Part shown: piece by piece, positions 50,608-62,118 of the stretch
Layout: every line of letters starts with the position of its first letter
Numbering within the stretch: the stretch's first letter is position 1
Origin: an uncultured cyanobacterium
Lineage (GTDB): Bacteria; Cyanobacteriota; Cyanobacteriia; Cyanobacteriales; Nostocaceae
Length of the DNA: 64,000 nt
Reading direction: 5' to 3'
NCBI GenBank assembly: GCA_963740315.1
Contig: CAVUDP010000002.1
Location: 3,744,001 to 3,808,000 of the forward strand
Program-made: the position numbers and the translations under genes
Notes under the pieces: generated by a model
Databases searched by the model: none
What the model was told of the DNA's origin: nothing
Seen by the model: the letters and a program-made list of their open reading frames with translations, nothing else

Positions 50608-50934
50608 TTGATGCAAGTTACTTATACTCATACAAACGACATTATTGCTGGGTTTCATGCTCTGTCGGAGCCACTGCGGATTCAAGTTTTGCAATTACTC
50701 AGAAAACAAGAAATGTGTGTATGTGACTTGTGCGATATTTTAGGGGTAAGTCAATCTAAGCTATCTTTTCATCTCAAAACTCTTAAAGAAGCTAAATTAG
50801 TTTATGCTCGTCAGGAAGGACGCTGGATTTATTACAGTCTCAACTCGGCTCAGTTTGAGGTTTTAGAGCATTACCTCGCACAATACCGTCTCATCAACCA
50901 AATATTGCCCGCACACTCTTGTAAAGATTCTTAA
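50608..50934 (+). CDS. arsR: arsenic-responsive repressor
   Basis: EMCVCDLC, SQSKLSFHLK; head of the ars cluster. Confidence 0.9.
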   Translation: MMQVTYTHTNDIIAGFHALSEPLRIQVLQLLRKQEMCVCDLCDILGVSQSKLSFHLKTLKEAKLVYARQEGRWIYYSLNSAQFEVLEHYLAQYRLINQILPAHSCKDS

Positions 50935-50978
50935 TACATCTCTCAAGTATCAATATCATTAAAAATATTGACAGTTGC

Positions 50979-51046
50979 ATCAATTTTTTTTGATTCATTT
51001 TTCAATTTTGTGATACTGTTTACTTGATACATCAATTTTTTTTGAA
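50979..51046. promoter_or_regulatory. ArsR operators ATCAA-N6-TTGAT/A (50979-50994, 51031-51046; third copy 50597-50612)
   Basis: Resemble the Synechocystis arsBHC ArsR site ATCAAN6TTGAT. Confidence 0.75.
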
Positions 51047-51086
51047 ATGATAGAGATGTTCCCTTGAAGTTAATGTAGGCACTACC

Positions 51087-52154
51087 ATGAAAGCAACAGA
51101 AAAGAAAATAGCTCTGGTGCTATGGATATTAGTTCTGACGGCTAGCTGTACAAATACATCTAACACTTCTAGCACAACCCAGTCACAGGAAAATATATCT
51201 GAGGTTAGTAATTCTCAAGCGCTGGAGACAATTCAGATTGATGGTTCGAGTACGGTATATCCGATTACAGAAGCTATTGCTAAAGAATTCCAAGAGCAGA
51301 GTCAAGTAGACGTAAAAGTAGACGTTTCCGGTACTACAGGAGGCTTTGAAAGATTTTGTAAAGGAGAAACAGATATTAGTAACGCTTCTCGTCCAATTTT
51401 GAAGCAAGAATTGAAAACCTGTACCACCAACGGGGTAATTTTTACCGAGCTTCCTATAGCTTTTGATGCTCTAACTGTAGCGGTAAATCCTCAAAATAAT
51501 TGGGCAAAAGATATTACGTTAGCTGAATTGAAGAAGATTTGGCAACCAGCAGCCCAAGGAAAGATTACCAATTGGCAACAGGTACGCGCTTCTTTCCCCG
51601 ATAAACCACTGAATTTATATGGTGCTGGCGATAAATCAGGTACCTATGATTACTTTACAAAAGCGGTAGTAGGAAAAACGGGAGATAGCCGCACCGACTA
51701 TACAGCCAGCGAAGACGATGAAGTTTTAGTTTCTGGCATCAGTAAAGACCCCAATGCCTTGGGTTATTTTGGTTATGCGTATTACGAACAAAACCAAGAT
51801 AAATTAAAAGCTTTGGGTATAGATAATGGAAAAGGAGCAGTATTCCCTGCAAAAGAAACGGTTGAAAAAGCAGAGTATCAACCACTTTCTCGTCCTTTGT
51901 TTATCTACGTAAATATTAAGTCCGCTCAGAAAAAGGAAGCACTTAGAGATTTTGTAAATTTCTATATTGAAAAAGCGCCTACAAAAGTTAGTTCTGTAGG
52001 GTATGTACCTTTACCAGAAGATGCTTATAGCCTAGATAAGCTTCATTTTACTAGAGGTAAAGCAGGAACGGTATTTGAGGGAGAAGCCCGTTTGGATTTA
52101 ACTATTGGTGAAGTGTTGAGAAAACGAGCCGAATTTTTAGAAAAAACACCATAG
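51087..52154 (+). CDS. pstS: PstS/SphX-family phosphate-binding lipoprotein
   Basis: TASC lipobox, [32 protein letters not shown]. Confidence 0.88.
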   Translation: MKATEKKIALVLWILVLTASCTNTSNTSSTTQSQENISEVSNSQALETIQIDGSSTVYPITEAIAKEFQEQSQVDVKVDVSGTTGGFERFCKGETDISNASRPILKQELKTCTTNGVIFTELPIAFDALTVAVNPQNNWAKDITLAELKKIWQPAAQGKITNWQQVRASFPDKPLNLYGAGDKSGTYDYFTKAVVGKTGDSRTDYTASEDDEVLVSGISKDPNALGYFGYAYYEQNQDKLKALGIDNGKGAVFPAKETVEKAEYQPLSRPLFIYVNIKSAQKKEALRDFVNFYIEKAPTKVSSVGYVPLPEDAYSLDKLHFTRGKAGTVFEGEARLDLTIGEVLRKRAEFLEKTP

Positions 52155-52173
52155 GAGTTTCAGGGTTATACAG

Positions 52174-53352
52174 ATGAGTAGAAGCGATTCGCAAGCGCGT
52201 AAAGCACCAGTTAAAGCTGGAAGTAATCTGAGTTTTTTTGAAAAATACCTGACAGTTTGGGTCTTTTTCTGCATTATTGCCGGGATTGCATTGGGAAGAA
52301 CATTTCCTGGGATAGCAACCGCATTGGATGCTATGAGCGTGTTTCAGGTATCTATTCCTATCGCGGTATGTTTATTTTTCATGATGTATCCCATCATGGT
52401 AAAAATAGATTTCAGCCAAGCTGTTCATGCTATCCGCGCTCCCAAGCCTGTAATTCTTACCTTAGTGATTAACTGGTTGATTAAACCATTTACTATGGTT
52501 GCGTTTGCTCAGTTTTTCTTAGGATGGTTATTTCGTCCTTTAATTGAGGGAAGCGAGATAATTCGCGGTAGCGAAGTTGCGCTGTCAAATTCCTACATTG
52601 CTGGTGCGATTCTGTTGGGAATTGCCCCTTGTACTGCAATGGTACTGATGTGGGGATATCTTTCGTACAGCAATCAAGGACACACCTTGGTAATGGTGGC
52701 AGTAAATTCCTTGGCAATGTTGTTTTTATATGCACCTTTGGGTAGGTGGTTGCTGGCAGCTAATAATTTAACCGTACCTTGGCAAACTATTGTCCTGTCG
52801 GTGTTGATTTATGTAGGATTGCCGTTAGTAGCAGGGATATTCAGCCGTTACTGGATTTTGAAAAACAAAGGTAGGGAATGGTTTGAAAGGCGATTTTTAA
52901 AGTATTTAACTCCAATTTCCATTACTGCTTTACTGTTAACTTTGGTACTACTGTTTGCCTTTAAAGGCGAATTAATTGTAGAAAATCCCCTGCACATCTT
53001 ATTAATTGCCGTACCCCTATTTATCCAAACCAACTTCATCTTCTTGATTGCATATGTAGCAGCGCTGAAGCTAAATTTATCCTACGAAGATGCCGCACCC
53101 GCAGCTTTAATTGGTGCTAGCAATCACTTTGAAGTCGCTATTGCTACGGCAGTTATGTTGTTTGGCTTGAATTCCGGTGCAGCCTTAGCAACAGTAGTGG
53201 GCGTTTTGATTGAGGTGCCAGTGATGTTGATGTTAGTTGAATTCTGTAAACGTACCGCAGCTTGGTTTCCACGGGAACCAGAAAAAGCGACTCTGCGCGA
53301 TCCACGCCCAGCTTTAATGGTACGGATGAATAACGATAGTTCATCCAGGTAA
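52174..53352 (+). CDS. acr3: ACR3 arsenite efflux transporter
   Basis: [36 protein letters not shown]. Confidence 0.95.
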   Translation: MSRSDSQARKAPVKAGSNLSFFEKYLTVWVFFCIIAGIALGRTFPGIATALDAMSVFQVSIPIAVCLFFMMYPIMVKIDFSQAVHAIRAPKPVILTLVINWLIKPFTMVAFAQFFLGWLFRPLIEGSEIIRGSEVALSNSYIAGAILLGIAPCTAMVLMWGYLSYSNQGHTLVMVAVNSLAMLFLYAPLGRWLLAANNLTVPWQTIVLSVLIYVGLPLVAGIFSRYWILKNKGREWFERRFLKYLTPISITALLLTLVLLFAFKGELIVENPLHILLIAVPLFIQTNFIFLIAYVAALKLNLSYEDAAPAALIGASNHFEVAIATAVMLFGLNSGAALATVVGVLIEVPVMLMLVEFCKRTAAWFPREPEKATLRDPRPALMVRMNNDSSSR

Positions 53353-53356
53353 TATT

Positions 53357-54007
53357 ATGACCGATTTTAATCATCCGCCCAGAATATTGTTTTTATACGG
53401 CTCCTTACGAGAGCGTTCTTACAGTCGGCTTGCAGCAGAAGAAGCAGCCCGAATCATTGAGGGATTTGGTGCAGAAGTCAAGTTTTTTCATCCTCATGAC
53501 TTACCGATTCGAGGCAGCGTACCCGAATCCCATGCCAAAGTTCAAGAACTACGGGAATTAAGCCAATGGTCAGAAGGTCAAGTTTGGTCATCTCCAGAAA
53601 TGCACGGTAATCTTACTGGCATTCTCAAGAATCAAATTGACTGGATTCCTTTAAGTATAGGAGCGGTTAGACCAACTCAAGGAAGAACTTTGGCTGTAAT
53701 GCAAGTCAGCGGTGGTTCTCAATCTTTCAACGCTGTAAATTCGATGCGCCTTTTAGGACGTTGGATGCGGATGTTTACCATTCCCAATCAATCTTCCGTT
53801 GCTAAAGCTTACCAAGAGTTTAACGAAGACGGAACCATGAAAGATTCTCCTTATCGAGATAGGGTAATTGATGTCATGGAAGAATTGTATAAATTTACCT
53901 TGCTGTTGCGCTCCGAAGTAGATTATTTTACCGACCGCTACAGCGAACGCAAACAAGAAGCAATCAAAGCAGGTATCAGCGTGGATACTTGTTTGCCCAA
54001 GTTTTAG
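53357..54007 (+). CDS. arsH: ArsH flavoprotein
   Basis: [30 protein letters not shown]. Confidence 0.95.
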   Translation: MTDFNHPPRILFLYGSLRERSYSRLAAEEAARIIEGFGAEVKFFHPHDLPIRGSVPESHAKVQELRELSQWSEGQVWSSPEMHGNLTGILKNQIDWIPLSIGAVRPTQGRTLAVMQVSGGSQSFNAVNSMRLLGRWMRMFTIPNQSSVAKAYQEFNEDGTMKDSPYRDRVIDVMEELYKFTLLLRSEVDYFTDRYSERKQEAIKAGISVDTCLPKF

Positions 54008-54073
54008 CACTTTTTCAATTCTGTTAAAAGTTTTTCCACTCAACCGTTCATTAATTTCATAATAGGTAATACC

Positions 54074-54469
54074 ATGAAAAAAATTATGTTTGTATGTAAG
54101 AAAAATTCTCGCCGTTCTCAAATGGCAGAAGCGTTTGCTCGTACTTTAGGAGAAGGCAAAATAGGTGTTACTAGTTCGGGCTTAGAATCAAGTTTTGTAG
54201 ATCCCAAAACTATAGAAATCATGTCAGAAATTGGCATTGATATTAGTAATCAAAAATCTAAACCTTTGAGTGATTTTAATCCAGATGATTATGATGCTGT
54301 AATTTCTTTATGCGGTTGTGGTGTAAATTTACCGCCAGAGTGGGTAACGAGAGATATATTTGAAGACTGGCAACTAGAAGATCCGGAAGGTAAAGATATC
54401 GAAACATTCCGCCGCATCCGAGAAGAAATTAAAGAACGAGTCATAAAATTAATTGAAACCTTGAGTTAG
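54074..54469 (+). CDS. arsC: arsenate reductase, cyanobacterial hybrid type
   Basis: CKKNSRRSQMAE, SLCGCG, LEDP. Confidence 0.92.
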   Translation: MKKIMFVCKKNSRRSQMAEAFARTLGEGKIGVTSSGLESSFVDPKTIEIMSEIGIDISNQKSKPLSDFNPDDYDAVISLCGCGVNLPPEWVTRDIFEDWQLEDPEGKDIETFRRIREEIKERVIKLIETLS

Positions 54470-54515
54470 TTCTCTTGAATAAATGAACTGAAATTAATAG
54501 ATTAATTGGTTGTGA

Positions 54516-54548
54516 AATTGCCCATAGTTATTGGGGCAATTTTTTTAT
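54516..54548 (+). terminator. intrinsic terminator after arsC
   Basis: AATTGCCC...GGGCAATT stem plus T-run. Confidence 0.65.
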
Positions 54549-54549
54549 T

Positions 54550-54565
54550 GCTCACAACTTCCTCA
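54550..54565 (+). promoter_or_regulatory. CCTCA box GCTCACAACTTCCTCA, TATAAA 11 bp downstream
   Basis: Upstream of the hydrolase-like gene. Confidence 0.72.
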
Positions 54566-54711
54566 AATTATTTATTTATAAATAAACATAGATAAGTCAA
54601 TTTACATTTCTACTAAAAAACTGAGGGAATTAGGAAGACGCGAATATTCTTATCGAAATAATCTTGATTAATGTTTTTTGATGCTTGAATAATATATCGG
54701 AGGGTATAAAA

Positions 54712-55461
54712 ATGATTAGTAATGTTTTAAATAAGGTTGAGGAAAAAATAGTTTCGATTCCGATTGGTTCTGTTAATTTACAGGCTGAATTAGTAATACC
54801 GTTAGATGCTCGTGGAATTATTCTATTTGTACATGGTAACGGTGTTGGACGCTACAGTACTCGGAATCGCTATCTTGCTCATGTCATGCGTCAAACAGCA
54901 GGGGTTGGAACTGTGTTAATAGACTTACTAACTCCTCAAGAAGAAGCAATCGACTTACGCAGCAAACATTGTAGTAGTAACGTGCAGTTTTTAGCAAAAA
55001 GATTAATTGGTGTAACTAATTGGTTGCTCAATAACCCTAGCACTAGTAATTTGAAAATAGGTTATTTTGGCGATCGCACTGGTGGGGGAGCAGCATTACT
55101 TGCAGCAGCAGAGCATCCTATGCCTGTTGGAGCAATAGTTTCGCGCAGTGGAGAAACTAATTCAACATCAAATGTTTTAAATTATATACTAGCTCCAACT
55201 TTATTAATTGTGGGTGAAAATGATTTACCGTTAATTGCGATGAATCAAGATGCAATATCGAGAATCCGAACACCTAAAAAGCAATTAGAAATTATCCCTG
55301 GTGCTTCTCAACAATTTAACGAGCGAGGTACTTTGGATGAAGTTGCTCGTTTAGCAAGTTGTTGGTTCGGATATTATCTTGCACCACCTCAACAGCGAGA
55401 ACTTTCCGTTCATGCAATGCCTTGGCATCAAATTAATCATGAGATAGCAAATTCAATTTAA
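54712..55461 (+). CDS. dienelactone-hydrolase-like alpha/beta-fold protein with degenerate catalytic motifs
   Basis: FVHGNG, DLLT, IGYFGDRTGG, PTLLIVG, IPGASQQF. Confidence 0.75.
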   Translation: MISNVLNKVEEKIVSIPIGSVNLQAELVIPLDARGIILFVHGNGVGRYSTRNRYLAHVMRQTAGVGTVLIDLLTPQEEAIDLRSKHCSSNVQFLAKRLIGVTNWLLNNPSTSNLKIGYFGDRTGGGAALLAAAEHPMPVGAIVSRSGETNSTSNVLNYILAPTLLIVGENDLPLIAMNQDAISRIRTPKKQLEIIPGASQQFNERGTLDEVARLASCWFGYYLAPPQQRELSVHAMPWHQINHEIANSI

Positions 55462-55467
55462 AAAGCT

Positions 55468-55483
55468 CCTCACAACTTCCTCA
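55468..55483 (+). promoter_or_regulatory. CCTCA-N6-CCTCA box, TACTCT 11 bp downstream
   Basis: CCTCACAACTTCCTCA upstream of hsp20. Confidence 0.75.
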
Positions 55484-55554
55484 AATTCTTTTCCTACTCT
55501 GAAAATGAAAGATTTCAAAACCTTGAAATAAGAAATCGTCAGGAGGCAAAAATT

Positions 55555-56034
55555 ATGGCAATTAAACGTTGGGAACCCTTTCAAGAAATAGAACGCTGGG
55601 AACCTTTATCCAGAGAGCCAATGTGGGCATTAGACCAAATGCAAAGGCAGATGAATCGCTTGATGGAGGGCTTTATGCCAAGCGGTAACGGAGGCTCTGC
55701 ACTCAACTACATACCCTCCGCAGAAATGGAAGAAACTGCTGAGGAAATCAAACTCAAATTGGAAATTCCGGGAATGGAAGCCAAGGATTTGAATGTTGAT
55801 GTTACAGAAAACTCTGTTTCTATTAACGGAGAGCGTAAGTCTGAAACAAAAACAGAAGAAAAAGGTATGGTACGCTCGGAATTCCACTACGGTAGATTTG
55901 AGCGGAAAATTCCTTTACCAGCCCACGTTCAGAATGACAAAGTACAAGCAGAATACAAAAATGGTATTCTGACCCTTAACTTACCCAAAATTGAAGGTGA
56001 GAAACATAAAGCCGTGAAAATCAACGTGAAATAA
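55555..56034 (+). CDS. Hsp20/alpha-crystallin small heat shock protein
   Basis: LEIPGM, SEFHYGRFER, AEYKNGILTLNLPK. Confidence 0.93.
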   Translation: MAIKRWEPFQEIERWEPLSREPMWALDQMQRQMNRLMEGFMPSGNGGSALNYIPSAEMEETAEEIKLKLEIPGMEAKDLNVDVTENSVSINGERKSETKTEEKGMVRSEFHYGRFERKIPLPAHVQNDKVQAEYKNGILTLNLPKIEGEKHKAVKINVK

Positions 56035-56064
56035 ATAATCGTTAGTTTTTACCACAAAAATAAT

Positions 56065-56089
56065 GTAGAGACGTTGCAATGCAACGTCT
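56065..56089. repeat. REP-like palindrome, possibly acting as terminator
   Basis: GTAGAGACGTTGCAATGCAACGTCT between convergent genes. Confidence 0.65.
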
Positions 56090-56180
56090 TTTATATGTTT
56101 CGATTTTGACTATTTTAATGGTGAAATGATATGAATCAAAGTTTATATTCAATCTAACTACTTATCTAAGCCGCAATGTA

Positions 56181-57086
56181 TTAGCTTATTTTCTTATCCC
56201 CAAAAGTAATGCTATCTACTTTATAAGCAGGTGGCTCAACATGGATAACAACCCGCACGGGGTGAAATTTTTCTTGTATACGGTGTTCCACCTCTTCGGT
56301 AATCCAATGTGCTTGTTCTACATCGAGAGCATCTACAATTAAATGCATTTCAACAAATACTTGTCGTCCAATAACACCTCGTGATGCAATATCATGACAA
56401 TTGACGACTCCGGGAACCGAAAGTGCTATTTTATGAATAATTTCTGGTGCTATTGCGATTTTATCTACTAACCAGGGTAAATTCTCTTTCACAATTGACC
56501 ACCCACTTCTAAATACCAACATCGCTACTGGTAAAGCCAAAACTATATCTAACCACTGATAACCAAACCAAACACCTATTAAACCCGCAATCACCGTAAT
56601 AGTTATCCAAATATCACTCATCGTATGTTTGGCATCAGCAATTAAAATTGCACTCATAACACGTTTACCTACAGCACGCTCAGTAAATGCGACAAATATG
56701 TTAATACCTAAAACAATTAGTAATATCCACAGTTCAAACTGTGAAACTTTGACTGCTTCAGTACCCTGGATAATTCTATCAATTACACTTTGAATAATTT
56801 CAAAGCAAGCTATGCCTAAAAAAGCTGCAATACCTAATGCTCCTAAAGCTTCAAACTTTCGGTGTCCATAAGGATATTCTCGATCGGGCAAGGGGGAAGA
56901 AAATCTGTTGGTAACTAATCCTAAAATATTGTTGGCGCTATCTGTTACACTATGGAGCGCATCAGCAATTATAGTTAAAGAACCAGTTGATGCTCCGACA
57001 AAAATTTTTAACCCCATAACTGACAAATTAAATAACAAAGTAATAGTTAAAACTTTTTTAACTATTATTCGATTGTCGATATTCAT
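56181..57086 (-). CDS. cation diffusion facilitator transporter
   Basis: ADALHSVTD, YPYGHRKFE, ADAKHTMSD, IHVEP. Confidence 0.92.
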   Translation of the reverse strand: MNIDNRIIVKKVLTITLLFNLSVMGLKIFVGASTGSLTIIADALHSVTDSANNILGLVTNRFSSPLPDREYPYGHRKFEALGALGIAAFLGIACFEIIQSVIDRIIQGTEAVKVSQFELWILLIVLGINIFVAFTERAVGKRVMSAILIADAKHTMSDIWITITVIAGLIGVWFGYQWLDIVLALPVAMLVFRSGWSIVKENLPWLVDKIAIAPEIIHKIALSVPGVVNCHDIASRGVIGRQVFVEMHLIVDALDVEQAHWITEEVEHRIQEKFHPVRVVIHVEPPAYKVDSITFGDKKIS

Positions 57087-57273
57087 AGAGTAACCCTGTT
57101 TATTGTCTTGGTTTGCTTAGAAGCGATACCAAGGCTTGTAATCCTTATGTACTATCCTTTGTAGCCTAGAACATATTGCTAGCTTTCTAGATTTTGTGAA
57201 ATTGTGACTTCATATTTTATTTTGCACTGACATAATTTCTACTTGTATTGAAAATTAGATAAAATGGCATAAA

Positions 57274-57756
57274 TCAAAGTTTATATCCAATCTGACGTAG
57301 AAAATCTTTGCGTTCTATCATATCTTCAGAAGATTCTACACCCTTTGGGGCAAATCCATCAATAACACCGATTATACCTCTCCCTTGTTCAGTTTCTGCC
57401 ACAATTACCTGTACTGGATTAGCAGTAGCACAGTAAATAGTGCAAACTTCAGGAACTTGTCTGATGGTATTAAGAAAGTTCATCGGATAAGCATTTTTCA
57501 ATAAAATAATAAAGCTGTGTCCTGCCCCCAACTCTAAAGCATTTTTCTGAGCAACAGCTTGTAAATATTCATCATTTCCTGAATGTCGAACTAAACATTC
57601 TCCCGATGCTTCGCAAAAAGCCAATCCAAACTTGACTTGTGCTACCTGTTGAATCATTACTTCATGTAAGTCTTCAACAGTTTTGATGAAATGACTTTGA
57701 CCGATAATAATATTACAATCTTCAGGAATCTTTACTGCAACTGTTTCAAGTTTCAT
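57274..57756 (-). CDS. adenosine-specific kinase family protein (DUF355)
   Basis: GQSHFIKTVEDL, FCEASG, GHSF, CATANP, GVIDG. Confidence 0.85.
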   Translation of the reverse strand: MKLETVAVKIPEDCNIIIGQSHFIKTVEDLHEVMIQQVAQVKFGLAFCEASGECLVRHSGNDEYLQAVAQKNALELGAGHSFIILLKNAYPMNFLNTIRQVPEVCTIYCATANPVQVIVAETEQGRGIIGVIDGFAPKGVESSEDMIERKDFLRQIGYKL

Positions 57757-57838
57757 AATCTATGTGAACTTATTAGAGAATACTTGTAAATGATTATTTT
57801 TTGTTGTAATAATCTTTATTTATAGTAAAAAATAATTA

Positions 57839-57854
57839 TGGGGAAGTCGTGAAG
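57839..57854 (-). promoter_or_regulatory. CCTCA box variant CTTCACGACTTCCCCA, TACTAT 11 bp downstream
   Basis: Divergent partner of the box at 57884. Confidence 0.62.
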
Positions 57855-57883
57855 GTGCTATCTCCCAGATTAAATATGTTTTT

Positions 57884-57899
57884 CCTCACAAAATCCTCA
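57884..57899 (+). promoter_or_regulatory. CCTCA-N6-CCTCA box, TAATCT 11 bp downstream
   Basis: Identical to the ppsA box; upstream of the small ORF and the N-ATPase operon. Confidence 0.75.
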
Positions 57900-57960
57900 A
57901 ATTTATTATTTAATCTTTAAATTGAATACGAGCAAACCGATATAACACCAGGAGATTGCT

Positions 57961-58209
57961 ATGACTGCTAAATCTAATTTCCTCTATCCTCACTCTTCTT
58001 TTCACGGAGAAGTTAAACCAGAGAATTTAGTATTCGATGCAAATCTCCAAGAATTTGCCCATAAAGCTAGCTATATTTGTAACCTTGAAACCAATGGTAA
58101 ACTTTCGCCAGAAGAAGCTTATCAACAAATAAAAAAACTTTGGAAAGATTTGAAAAACAGTAAGAAGCAACTTCAAATAGGCAAAAATCCTTTCCAACAG
58201 GATACATAA
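57961..58209 (+). CDS. conserved small cyanobacterial hypothetical protein
   Basis: PENLVFDANLQEFA..LETNGKLSPEEAY motif; AGGAG RBS. Confidence 0.75.
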   Translation: MTAKSNFLYPHSSFHGEVKPENLVFDANLQEFAHKASYICNLETNGKLSPEEAYQQIKKLWKDLKNSKKQLQIGKNPFQQDT

Positions 58210-58226
58210 AGTCAACTCCATTTTAG

Positions 58227-59644
<1,418 letters not shown>

Positions 59645-59645
<1 letters not shown>

Positions 59646-59765
59646 TTGGAATTGGGAATTGGGCATTGGGCATGGGGAATTGGTAATTGGTAATTGGTAA
59701 TTGGTAATTTCTACCCCCTCTTCCCCCTCTTCCCCCTCTTCCCCCTCTTCCCCCTCTCCCCTCTC
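59645..59765. repeat. heptamer (TTGGGAA/TTGGTAA) and nonamer (CCCCCTCTT) tandem repeats
   Basis: Seen directly between atpD and atpC. Confidence 0.8.
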
Positions 59766-59784
59766 TTTATTCCCCATTCAAATC

Positions 59785-60177
59785 ATGATGCATTTAAAAA
59801 TATTGCTACCGACAGAAGTATTAATAGATGAAGCAGCGAGCAAAATTACTGCTGAAGCTGAAAATGGCTCTTTTTGCTTGTTACCCAATCATGTTGATTT
59901 TGTCGCTGGATTAGTTCCGGGATTGTTGTTGTTTGAATCAAGTAATAAAGAAGAAGTTTTTTTAGCAGTTGATGAGGGAATTTTAGTGAAATGCGGTTCT
60001 GAGGTGTTGGTGTCGGTACGAAATGCTATCAGGGGAACTGATTTAGAAACTTTGAAAAATACTGTGGAACAAGAGTTCAGAGTTTTGGATGAAAAAGAAC
60101 AAATGACTCGTAACGCATTAGCGAAATTAGAAGCTAGTTTTATACGCGGTTTTCTAGAAGTGGGAGGTAAACCATGA
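59785..60177 (+). CDS. atpC: N-ATPase epsilon subunit
   Basis: GSFCLLPNHVD, AVDEGILVK; the upstream ORF extension is repeat-derived. Confidence 0.88.
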   Translation: MMHLKILLPTEVLIDEAASKITAEAENGSFCLLPNHVDFVAGLVPGLLLFESSNKEEVFLAVDEGILVKCGSEVLVSVRNAIRGTDLETLKNTVEQEFRVLDEKEQMTRNALAKLEASFIRGFLEVGGKP

Positions 60178-60476
60178 AATCTAAAAAGCCTCGCGAATCT
60201 TGGGAGGATTTTCACGAGCAGGTTAGGGCTAAATCAAAACGTAAGTTGAAAGCACGACGGGAAGCAAACCATACTGCTTGGTTTGGTTTAGGAATGTTTG
60301 GCATTGTTGGCTGGTCAATTACTGTTTCAACTTTGCTTGGTATAGTGCTAGGGATTTGGATTGATACTAAGTTTCCCAGTCAGTATTCCTGGACTTTGAT
60401 GTTGCTGTTTGTTGGTGTTGTTTTGGGTTGTCTAAATGCTTGGTATTGGATTCAAAGCGAGCGTAGCGATGATTGA
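60174..60476 (+). CDS. atpQ: N-ATPase AtpQ (AtpZ/AtpI family)
   Basis: GLGMFGIVGWS, GIWID, GCLNAWYW; position in operon. Confidence 0.82.
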   Translation: MKSKKPRESWEDFHEQVRAKSKRKLKARREANHTAWFGLGMFGIVGWSITVSTLLGIVLGIWIDTKFPSQYSWTLMLLFVGVVLGCLNAWYWIQSERSDD

Positions 60477-61698
60477 GTCAGTGCAGACTTTACCGTTAGT
60501 AATTTTATTAATGGGTGTAGCTCTTACCCTTGCTATTTTGATTAAGTCTTTACTGGCTAAAATAGGAATTCCAGCATTAATCGGCTATTTAGCATTGGGG
60601 TTTCTATTAAAACTTGCAGATGTAGAATGGGATTTTCTATCGGTAAAAGCAGAAGAAATTTTTGAGTTTCTCGCGGAAATTGGGATTATTTCGCTGCTAT
60701 TTCGAGTGGGTTTGGAAAGTGATTTAGTAGGATTACTGCGTCAGTTATCCAAAGCGTTTGGCGTATTAATTGGTGATGTTTTAATTAGTGGTGTTTTTGG
60801 TTTTGTTACCGCTTATTTTTTCTTAAAAATAGCTTTGATTCCTAGTTTATTTATTGCTATAGCCTTTACTGCTACGAGTGTGGGTGTTTCGGTGGCTGTT
60901 TGGCGAGAAAAAAACGCGATTCGTTCTCGCAATGGTGAAATTCTGCTGGATGTAGCGGAGATGGATGATATAGCTAGCGTCATTTTAATGGCTTTGCTGT
61001 TTGCAGTTGCTCCCTCATTACACAATGGCAATGGCACCACAATATCAATATTTTCAACTATTGCTGTCACATCCAAAGTCTTTTTTATAAAAGCAATTTT
61101 CTTTAGTGCTTTTTGCTTGTTATTTTCACGTTACGTTGAAAGAAATTTGACTAAGTTTTTTAGCAAAATAGAAAAGCCGCCCGACCCCATGTTAGAAGTA
61201 GTTGGAGTGGGCTTTATTATTGCTGCGCTTGCTGGATTACTGGGTTTCTCAGCCGCTATCGGTGCGTTCTTCGCTGGACTTTTATTCAGCCGCGATTCAG
61301 AAGCGGTGAAAATGGATGCTTCTTTCGGAGCTTTATATGAACTTTTTACGCCATTCTTTTTTATTGGTATTGGCTTGAATATTCAACCTCGTGCGTTAAA
61401 TGAAGGTTTAGCAATCGGTTCAATTCTGTTGATAGCCGCAGTTCTCGGTAAGTTAATTGGTGCCGGAATTCCAGCTTTTTTTGCTACAGATTGTACTGGT
61501 GCGACACTGATTGGTTTGAGCATGATTCCCAGAGCCGAAATTTCGATGATTGTCATGCAGCGAGGATTAACATTAGGAGATTGGGCTGTTCCTTCTAATG
61601 TATTTGCTGCAATGGTTTTTGTTTGTGCAGTAACCAGCGTCATAGTACCGATTTTTCTCAATTCTTTACTCGGTAAATTACAACTTCAGGAGGAATAA
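60469..61698 (+). CDS. cation:proton antiporter (CPA2-like)
   Basis: LLFRVGLE, ATSVGV, AEMDD, GAFFAG, MIPRAE. Confidence 0.85.
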   Translation: MIESVQTLPLVILLMGVALTLAILIKSLLAKIGIPALIGYLALGFLLKLADVEWDFLSVKAEEIFEFLAEIGIISLLFRVGLESDLVGLLRQLSKAFGVLIGDVLISGVFGFVTAYFFLKIALIPSLFIAIAFTATSVGVSVAVWREKNAIRSRNGEILLDVAEMDDIASVILMALLFAVAPSLHNGNGTTISIFSTIAVTSKVFFIKAIFFSAFCLLFSRYVERNLTKFFSKIEKPPDPMLEVVGVGFIIAALAGLLGFSAAIGAFFAGLLFSRDSEAVKMDASFGALYELFTPFFFIGIGLNIQPRALNEGLAIGSILLIAAVLGKLIGAGIPAFFATDCTGATLIGLSMIPRAEISMIVMQRGLTLGDWAVPSNVFAAMVFVCAVTSVIVPIFLNSLLGKLQLQEE

Positions 61699-61700
61699 AA

Positions 61701-61982
61701 ATGAATTATTCTATGCATCTATTCTTAGCCTTAACTTTTGGTTTTGCGATTGGAATGTTTTACTTTAGTAGCCTTTGGATAACAGTCAGACAACTACCAA
61801 CAACGCAACAACCAATATTATTAATTGTAGGTAGTTTATTAGGTCGTTTAAGTATTGCTGTACTTGGCTTTTACTTAATTATGGATGGAAGCTGGCAACA
61901 ATTACTAATTGCTTTATTAGGCTTTGTTTTAGCACGCAGTATTTTAATTAGACGTTGGAAGCCAAGGCGATTTTTACAGTAA
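61701..61982 (+). CDS. atpR: N-ATPase AtpR
   Basis: LWITVR, SLLGR, GFVLAR; position in operon. Confidence 0.8.
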   Translation: MNYSMHLFLALTFGFAIGMFYFSSLWITVRQLPTTQQPILLIVGSLLGRLSIAVLGFYLIMDGSWQQLLIALLGFVLARSILIRRWKPRRFLQ

Positions 61983-62118
61983 TTAGTTCTATTCTGTTCA
62001 AAGAATACTGATTGAAATAACCGCAGAGAACACAGAGAGCGCAAAGGTAAGAGATAAAGAGAGGTAAGTCGTTTTTGCGGCTGAGGAAATAAGGCATAGT
62101 TAGAGATTTTTTTTAATC

